A DNA stretch of 64,000 bases from the NCBI GenBank assembly GCA_964035545.1, contig OZ037768.1, positions 22,105,319 to 22,169,318 of the forward strand. The letters are read 5' to 3'. The position numbers were made by a program, and so were the translations under genes. Within the stretch, counting starts at the first letter, position 1; each line of letters opens with the position of its first letter. The notes beneath the pieces were generated by a model, which had not been told where the DNA came from, did not search any database, and saw nothing but the letters and a program-made list of their open reading frames with translations. The stretch comes from Bugula neritina. Lineage: Eukaryota > Animalia > Bryozoa. Shown here one piece after another: positions 56,601 to 64,000 of this stretch.

Positions 56601-59600
56601 GAAATGGTTAGTTGACATAAATCATTATATTATAGATGGGTGATTGGAGCATAAAATTTTGCTACTCCACACTAGTTCTAGTTTTAAGTCTTAAAAAATA
56701 GCAACTCAACACTTTATAGACTAGCTATTGCTCAAAATTGCATCATTATATATAATTATTTTATCTTGGAGTATAATTATTGTTGCATACAATTTTGATA
56801 ACTTAAATTTCATTTAACATATAATTCAATTAGCACGTTTCTCATAATTGCAGTTTATCAGTTCATATTAGTTATGTATCAACCTGTTCTTAGAGAAAAA
56901 AACTCCTATGTATTGTTTGTTTACAGTAAATATAAACAAATGCATTTTTAATACGGTTTTGTCTACACAACTTTCAAAATAATGCAATATTTAATAATCC
57001 TTCAGCAGATAAACTCACTATATCTTCACGACTTCCCTGAATAATGATGTCTATAGGTATTATATTTGGAAAGTTATTCTAGTAAATTGTATTGTTTATA
57101 TTCGTAGTAGTAGTTTTTAGTAGAATGATTTTTATTTGTTTTAAGGGTGGGCGACTCCTGGTGCCACAAATCTTAGCTCCAACTAACGCTACACTGCTTT
57201 TCATCCCAATGCGTTAATTACAAAAATTAAAATTAAGAATGAATGCTGTCAACAACTTTTGGCTATTACTATTTAAAATTTCCTGAACTTCTAACTACCA
57301 ATGACCATAGAGTTGAGGTAGGTGCAGTAATGGAGAAATTGAGAAAAGCCTGTGTTACAGATTAGAAATGTAACAAAAGAAGTTATATTCTATAAGCAAC
57401 AATTTCTAAACATGCCCCAAGCCGAAACTTAATAAAATAATTAAAGAACTTAGGCTATCCCAATTTCCCCCTAAATGATAGTCATGCTGACTCATTCAAA
57501 TTACAAGTAAAAAGGAACATCTGCAGAAAGTGTAAACAAAAAGTAATGGATTCCTACTAACCAGAGTTGGAATAACACAGGTTCTTCTCCCTTTTCTAAA
57601 GTTAGTCATCGGATCTCCTTCAATAAGGTCCATCTTCTCAGCTGCTTTTTCCGCATAGAACTCCTGCAATTAGCAATTTATTGCGTTATAAACTGTAGGG
57701 CTCTTTATTCTTAAGGAAATGTTTAGAGCATGTGCACGAGTCATTGCTGCCAGGAAGTGTTTAGAGTGCACGAGTCATTGCTGACAGGGGAAACTGCCTA
57801 GAACTCTTTCTGTAAACACGAGTCAAGAATGCAAAATTCCTTTTATGGCTGTGGAATAATTGTTACAATGTAATCAATTGGGTTATGACTTATGAATGGT
57901 GAGCTTAATTTTAGTAGCTTCTGTACAAGAGAGCTTGTGATTGAACTATATACTACAAATATTACAAATTCAATATTTTGAAGCAAGTCTAAGTTTATTA
58001 AATTTTAATTTTAAACTATTTTTATTTTATTACGTAATCATGACCAGCAGCTATGTTGCTATTATGATCACAGTACTACCACTAAAACTTAAAAGAGTTT
58101 AATACTCTACAATATGTACTACTTTTAAGAAATGGCATAGCCTTATAAACTGGGATGAATTAAATAGCCTGTGTACCATAATTACTAAAGACGTGTGTTG
58201 ATTCAGTTTGGGTTGTCCTTAAAACAAACTCAAGTCAATTTGATAGTTTTACAATTTAATGAACTTGAAACAAATTGGAATTTCAATTCCCTCTCAAACC
58301 AAAATTTATTAAAAAGATTAAAGTACCTAGGCTATTGGATTTCTCCACTATACTGTACCTAGCTGTAGCCTGTGAAGTTAGAGATTTAAAGGCAGTCGTT
58401 AGTAGAAGGTAGAAAATGTAATTTTTTTGAAAGAAAGTTTTAAAAAGCTACAATCGACACTTAGCTAGAGTATAGAAGAGGCTTAAGCGTTACAAGTAAC
58501 AGGTTCTATGAAGCATGTATTTATATTATTCAAATGTTATAATACATCGTATCATGTAGCTATTATCATCATTAAGGAATATAATCATATCATATCAAAC
58601 GTTGAGTCATGTCACCGTGAAGTATTATGATCTAACATAAGCAGTGATAATGTCCCTCATCAATATATGTAGCTTCACATGTTATCCACATTATATTCAT
58701 TTTATCATCAGTTAAATATTTTGAATACAGCCACACCAAGCCAGCTACATATGTGCAGCTTAGATGAAGTAACCCTGTAATCTACATTAGCTCTTTGCTA
58801 ATATTATTTTAATCTAACTAAATAAACCCTGGCTATGCTCAAGGTAACTGATACATTGATTATAATGAGACACTTCTATCAAACTCATTACATTTACTAG
58901 AGAAATCATTGCCAGTAAAATTCAATAATTAAAGGCACTAAGTATATTTTTCATTATCTCCTCAGCATAGAATACAATGCATGTGAACTAAAGTCTATTA
59001 AATGCTGAAGGAAAAGTCATTATTTGCAGTTATTATTGCAGTCAGTGATTAGTCTGCTACCATCAGTGTTAGATAACTAATTATAACAGGGCTGTCCAAT
59101 AGGCAGCCCCAGGCCCCCAGTCTACATTTATGTGGCCCTCAAAGGCATAACAGATAACATTATTTTGCCCACATATATGAATTAGAGTGGAAAAACAGCC
59201 TTTTAAAGTCTTTCTTCCACATACATGTTATAAAACAGTAATGATTGGGACTTCATTGTGTGATAATTCAAGAGTCTTGGATAAAGTAATTTAAAAAGTA
59301 CTGATACTGTGGCCCCCAGCTCAAGCTAAATTCCACAATATTCCCTGGCAAGGAAAACATTGCTAGAGAATATTTGCTATGTCGGAAAAATGAGAAAGAA
59401 ATTTATGTTTTTAAACAGCAAATGTTAATCTGCATGGCTGCTTGGTGAACTGGGGGCTTAGTTCTCTATACAAATTGGAACTTTCTAGATTAATTATGTT
59501 ACAAAAACTGTCATGGATACGGATGTTTACAAGTGTTTCAGATCAACTTACTTATGACAGAGCTTATGGCATAAACCTTGTGATAACATGAGACCAAAAT

Positions 59601-60519
59601 AATTAAATTAACTCCAAATTGGAACTTTCCTAATGAAAAAAATCTGTATAGTGTCACTAAGATATACATGTCTGAAAATACTGACTTTACTTAGCTTAAG
59701 TTTCTGTTCATTGCTTCCGAATGAGGGTTCTGTGAATACATACCCATATGATTAGGGCTTAGATTTACAAGAAAAATAGCTTTTTACAAAAATATGCATC
59801 CCCCTGCTGTGATAATATCTACTTCACAATAAGTTTTAGAAATAAACTTTATGATGTATATTTAGAGCTGCTATACTTGGTTTATCATTATACATGTACC
59901 TAGTCATATTTCTCTAAATTTATGCATACCGAACTTCAAACTATAACAACTAACAACTAAAAAACCTACCACAGGTACAGCAAAAATACTTACCACAGTG
60001 ACAACCAATAAATCTATCACAGGTACAGCAAACACAGATCACCTACTACAGTTACAACCAACAGACCTACCACAGTTACAACCAACAGACCTACCACAGT
60101 TGCAACTATAATAGACCTACCACAGTGACCATGACTGGGCCCATCGTTTCTTTCATCACTAAAGAATCATTTCTCTGTAACTGGCAGTCAGAGTTTAAAA
60201 GTGACACACTTTCACAAGAGCAACCCTCGCTATAAGACTTGACCAGCTGCCCGTGCTGTTGATGTTCACAGTTACTGTCACTTTTTCTACGAAACAGACT
60301 CGACAACTTAGAAGTGAAACTCTCTTTTCTCTTTCTAAATTTCTTTGCTATATCTGAGTCGGAGTGTACCGTGGAACAGTCGGAGTCTGACAGGTGGTTG
60401 AGTTGGTGGTTTTGCTGACACAACCGTGTATTATCCAGACTCTGTGTCCTGTGTATTCCACATTCGAACGACTCCTGAGTGGACCAGTCTTGAGATTCCT
60501 GCTGCTCGCTAGCTGCCAT
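47601..60519 (-). CDS. PLEKHG7: PLEKHG7-like DH-PH Rho guanine nucleotide exchange factor (~804 aa)
   Basis: Exons 60121-60519, 57562-57663, 55543-55571, 54119-54323, 53445-53609, 52173-52319, 51584-51679, 50996-51214, 50169-50343, 49552-49667, 49012-49188, 48444-48644 and 47601-47984 are phase-consistent (2415 nt). DH: AVWEIFTNECTFLVDHLMVLK, LFGNLNEL, LSDLLIAPMQHWTRLPLIL; linker LENKMEWL...LIWP...AFIPD; PH: VYVFLFTDFLLFTK. N-terminal exons are less certain. Confidence 0.85.
48042..48220 (+). mobile_element. tRNA-derived SINE, copy 3 (older, diverged)
   Basis: gtggtctagt...ctggcttag...tgggtttaaatctc...ccattggtgatgtcaagaagagc...ttagccc...gggatag aligns with copies 1 and 2. Confidence 0.65.
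54012..54110. repeat. ~19-22-bp degenerate repeat (atagacaatgtgctat) next to a PLEKHG7 donor
   Basis: About 5 units ending ~8 nt from the donor at 54118. Confidence 0.75.
55741..55822. repeat. 21-bp tandem repeat (ggcaattggcaaatgatgact) x3-4
   Basis: Directly visible. Confidence 0.85.
57331..57470. mobile_element. Small MITE, copy 2
   Basis: tggagaaattgagaaaagcctgtgt...taggctatcccaatttc; colinear with 27681-27825. Confidence 0.72.
59087..59347. mobile_element. Degraded hAT-like MITE
   Basis: CAGGGCTGTCCAA...GCCCC start, internal TGTGGCCC motifs and a CCCTG end resemble Charlie/hAT-type MITEs; no 8-bp TSD retained. Confidence 0.35.
59963..60128. repeat. ~24-bp tandem repeat x~7 containing the donor of the first PLEKHG7 coding exon
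   Basis: acctaccacagttacaaccaacag units; sense strand reads ACTGTG|GTAGGTCT. Confidence 0.88.
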
Positions 60520-62974
60520 ATTGCTGTGAGAGTCAGCGCGACAGCATTGGATATGTAATTATAGTCCTTTTGACAAGAATATAATTAATTATATCACTCC
60601 GTTGTTCAGTAGATGAATGAAGACTTCTTGCATGATAGGAATGCACAATGAAACTGTGTAAGCCGTATTCTTTGGCTAAACAGAGATGAATCAGAATCAG
60701 CTGTGTGTAGTACCCCAAATACCATCAATAAAGATAATATTTTTATGCTGGCACTTTTATTAGTTTCAACCGTTGTAATGACATGCTTGTGTTCATGTCA
60801 TAAGGTGAGCTAGTTGTTCATATGTGACGTTCATTATGCAATCCAATGTAGTAACTTATTTGTCCACACCAGGTCAATTGCTCATTATTGGGCAATATAA
60901 TACTGGTTAGAGAGCTCTTGTCATGTTCAAAAAATTTTATGGGGGTGCAGAAAAATAAAAAGTAATTTATTTTTTAAGATAGCAACCAATATTTTTCACA
61001 CACATGGAGTACCTATGTTTTGTGATTCTTAGACAATGCATTATTTGTTTATTTGTTTAGCAGCAGTGTCAGCAGTGGCATTCTACGCTGGAATTTGTGG
61101 ACAAGGGTATTTAGGTCAAGTTCTGCCTATAGATAAACAGATAAATACCAGACTGAACAACAAATCCAACCACCACAGGCAGACACTTGGATGGCTCCGT
61201 GTTTTTTAAGCAAAAGATCGGAGAAGCCTCCCTGAGGGAGCTATAAATAACTGATTACAAATAAATCAAGGAACTGTCATTGCTAAAAAAAACCTGCACA
61301 ACATGGCCATGTACTATTCCTTCAGGATACTAACCAGCATCAAAACTTTCACATGCATATTGGAAAGTGAACAGGGATAGCTGATAATCACTTTAAAAGA
61401 TAAAAAGATTTCAAATGATTTTGCAAGAGGCTATAATTAAAGTGCCAACACTGAGTACATTAAACTTATGCACCCCACTTAGTATGAACTGTGAGTTGAT
61501 ATTACACATGTCCACAAGCCATCTTTTACATCAGCAGAAGGCCATCTGCACAAGTTTAAAATCCAAACAGTGCACAGCTGTATTAATCGTGATGTTTGTA
61601 AATCAACTACATAATTAAGCTTTGAATGACGGAATATCGTGTGGCTGCGTAGCATATCACAATAAACCCTTCGTAACAGCTGCTAGTCTACATTACGTCA
61701 CAAATAAAATATACACCGTTAATCGGGTTACAGCACTGCACTAGTTCACCTTTTTGTAAGTACGACAACTCCAAAATATATGTACTCTTAGTTAACAAAA
61801 AACTATAAAAAAAAACTTATGCGTATGACGTTGATACGTTTGCCTTTCAGAAGAAACAAGGCTATGCTCTGCAGACAAACTTTTAGCTAAGAGTAGCTCT
61901 TAAAGGGTAAACAAGTACATTAAGGGAGGTCAACATCTGCTAGATTAGCTTGGTGCCTTATAACTGTACTCAAACATACCTGCTTTATGTAAGTGTATAG
62001 CATTGACATACGTTTGTATAAATGGTTAAAGCGTATCTATGTGATTTTAATATGTAGGTACTATTATTAAAATAATACATATACATAATATATACATAAT
62101 ATGCTGCATAAAATAATATGATATAAAAATTAACATTATATATACATACTGTATGAAAGATGAAGTGGAGCCTATCCGTACTTTACTCAATGAAATTATC
62201 ATAATATTGATGGAAAAATAATATATTATTATAAATAGCCTTTACTTTTATTAAAGAAAACTTAGTTATCTGTATAGAAACTATAATACATACTAATTGA
62301 TGGAGAACACCCAAAACACTAATAATCATCATAATTTCTATTATGATATAAGGCTGGGTGCTACAAATTGATTTTAGAAGTTTAAAAAAAGAATAAACTA
62401 TAATAAAAATAATAATAAATTTCTCTTACCAACTGTTTTGTAACCATTAAAGCTTGTTTTATAGTAGACCACATTCTAGCCCAGTCAGCCCCAGCGAAAA
62501 CTTAATAATTTTCGAATACACTTTATACCTTCTATAGTATAGAATGGTGCACACTTTAGGTAAATCAATTTAGTTGAACAGATTGGCTGAGATGAGTAAG
62601 TGGAACTTTTCCTCTCAACCAATCATTACTTCAATTTCCTCATAATTTGCAATACTTAGATCTGAAGAGTTTCAAGTAATTAATGTATGAAGTTAATTAT
62701 TGATCATTAGTTGGTATATATACAGAGTCAGGGTATCTGTAGGTATACTTGTGTATATTATATAGTCTAACTCATCTGGCTTGCATAAGTTACATGTCAT
62801 GTATTGTATACATTCAGTCATAATGTGTGCAAATATATAACAAAGATAGGAGGTGCGACTTAACTACCCTGCATGCCGATACATCCTTGTTGGTTCTAAG
62901 TCTAAACATCTTTTAAACAGGTATAACAAGTTCTGCACAGTGTTTCCTGTACCATGATGCTCTCTTTTATGTTG

Positions 62975-63074
<100 letters not shown>

Positions 63075-64000
63075 TATGTATTTTATATATATATATCTTA
63101 TGTATTTTATATATGCATTATAATTAACATATATTACACAAAACACATTTTAAAAAAGTAAAATAAATATTCAGCCTTCGTCAGGTTTAAATAACATATT
63201 TGAATTTCAATTGCTCATTTACCCATTCAAGACTTTCAATCAATATCATAGATCTTTATTACTAACACCAGGTTTATAGAACTTTAGACTTAAAGGATGT
63301 AATGATAATATTTCAATATAGCAGACAAATTTATATTCTTGATCAAAATATACCAAGTGTATACATATCATACTATAGTCTATACGAAAAAGGAAAAAGT
63401 ATATTACTATATTGGAAATTTTGCTCTTTTTTAAGCTAATAACCCACATTGCAACGTTATACCTGCGTATGCCATTCTAGTACCTGCTAAAAATATAACC
63501 CTACTAACTCATGTAATTACTAGCACCAATATTTCAATTTACAACTGATCTGCATTTAGTATAATGTAATAATTACCAGTAATTGTAATAATTTCAATTT
63601 GAAATAGCAACGACCTTGAAGGCAAAAACATTGAATCATACGCCTAATGCAAGTGTAACACACTGCCTGCAGTAGAAACCTTTTATACAATTACATCTAA
63701 TGATTATTATGCCAGCTCACTGAAATATTTAAATAGGAAAATAATAGAGATCCTTAGATAATTAATATATTATGTACTACTGATGATACATATAATTAGT
63801 GTGTAACTGGTTTGGAATTTGGTGGTTACAACATAACTATAAATTATAACGAATATAAAATGAAAGGTATGAGAAATGAGATAACATTCACAAATAATTT
63901 CATTTCAATTTCAATTTTCATTTCACTAATTTCATAATTTTTCAGTTTTATGGTCTTTGTTAGTCTGTTGCTAAAAAATTAGCTAAATTTTAGTTTTAAG

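Overview
AT-rich, intron-dense animal (invertebrate) nuclear DNA; the taxon cannot be fixed from sequence alone. Reading GT-AG junctions by hand gives seven spliced protein-coding genes. These are STT3B (-, 3' end off-window), a C19orf25/UPF0449 homolog (+), SLC25A26 (-), GPATCH3 (-), GRK2/beta-ARK (-, 18 coding exons, 692 aa), a PLEKHG7-like RhoGEF (-), and an MRPL34 (-) that the ORF track misses and that carries an apparent 1-nt frameshift. Mobile DNA comprises a ~2.1-kb foldback with ~800-bp near-identical arms, three tRNA-derived SINE copies, a small MITE family and a 3' LINE fragment beside the GRK2 start. Most long ORFs in the track are minisatellite artefacts. Two recurring patterns are not explained by these annotations. 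(1) Many tandem repeats are anchored on exon-intron junctions and multiply the splice site itself, often as GT...AG units. (2) Strand-symmetric, 6-bp-periodic A(C/G)T-NNN tracts lie near the 5' ends of five loci.
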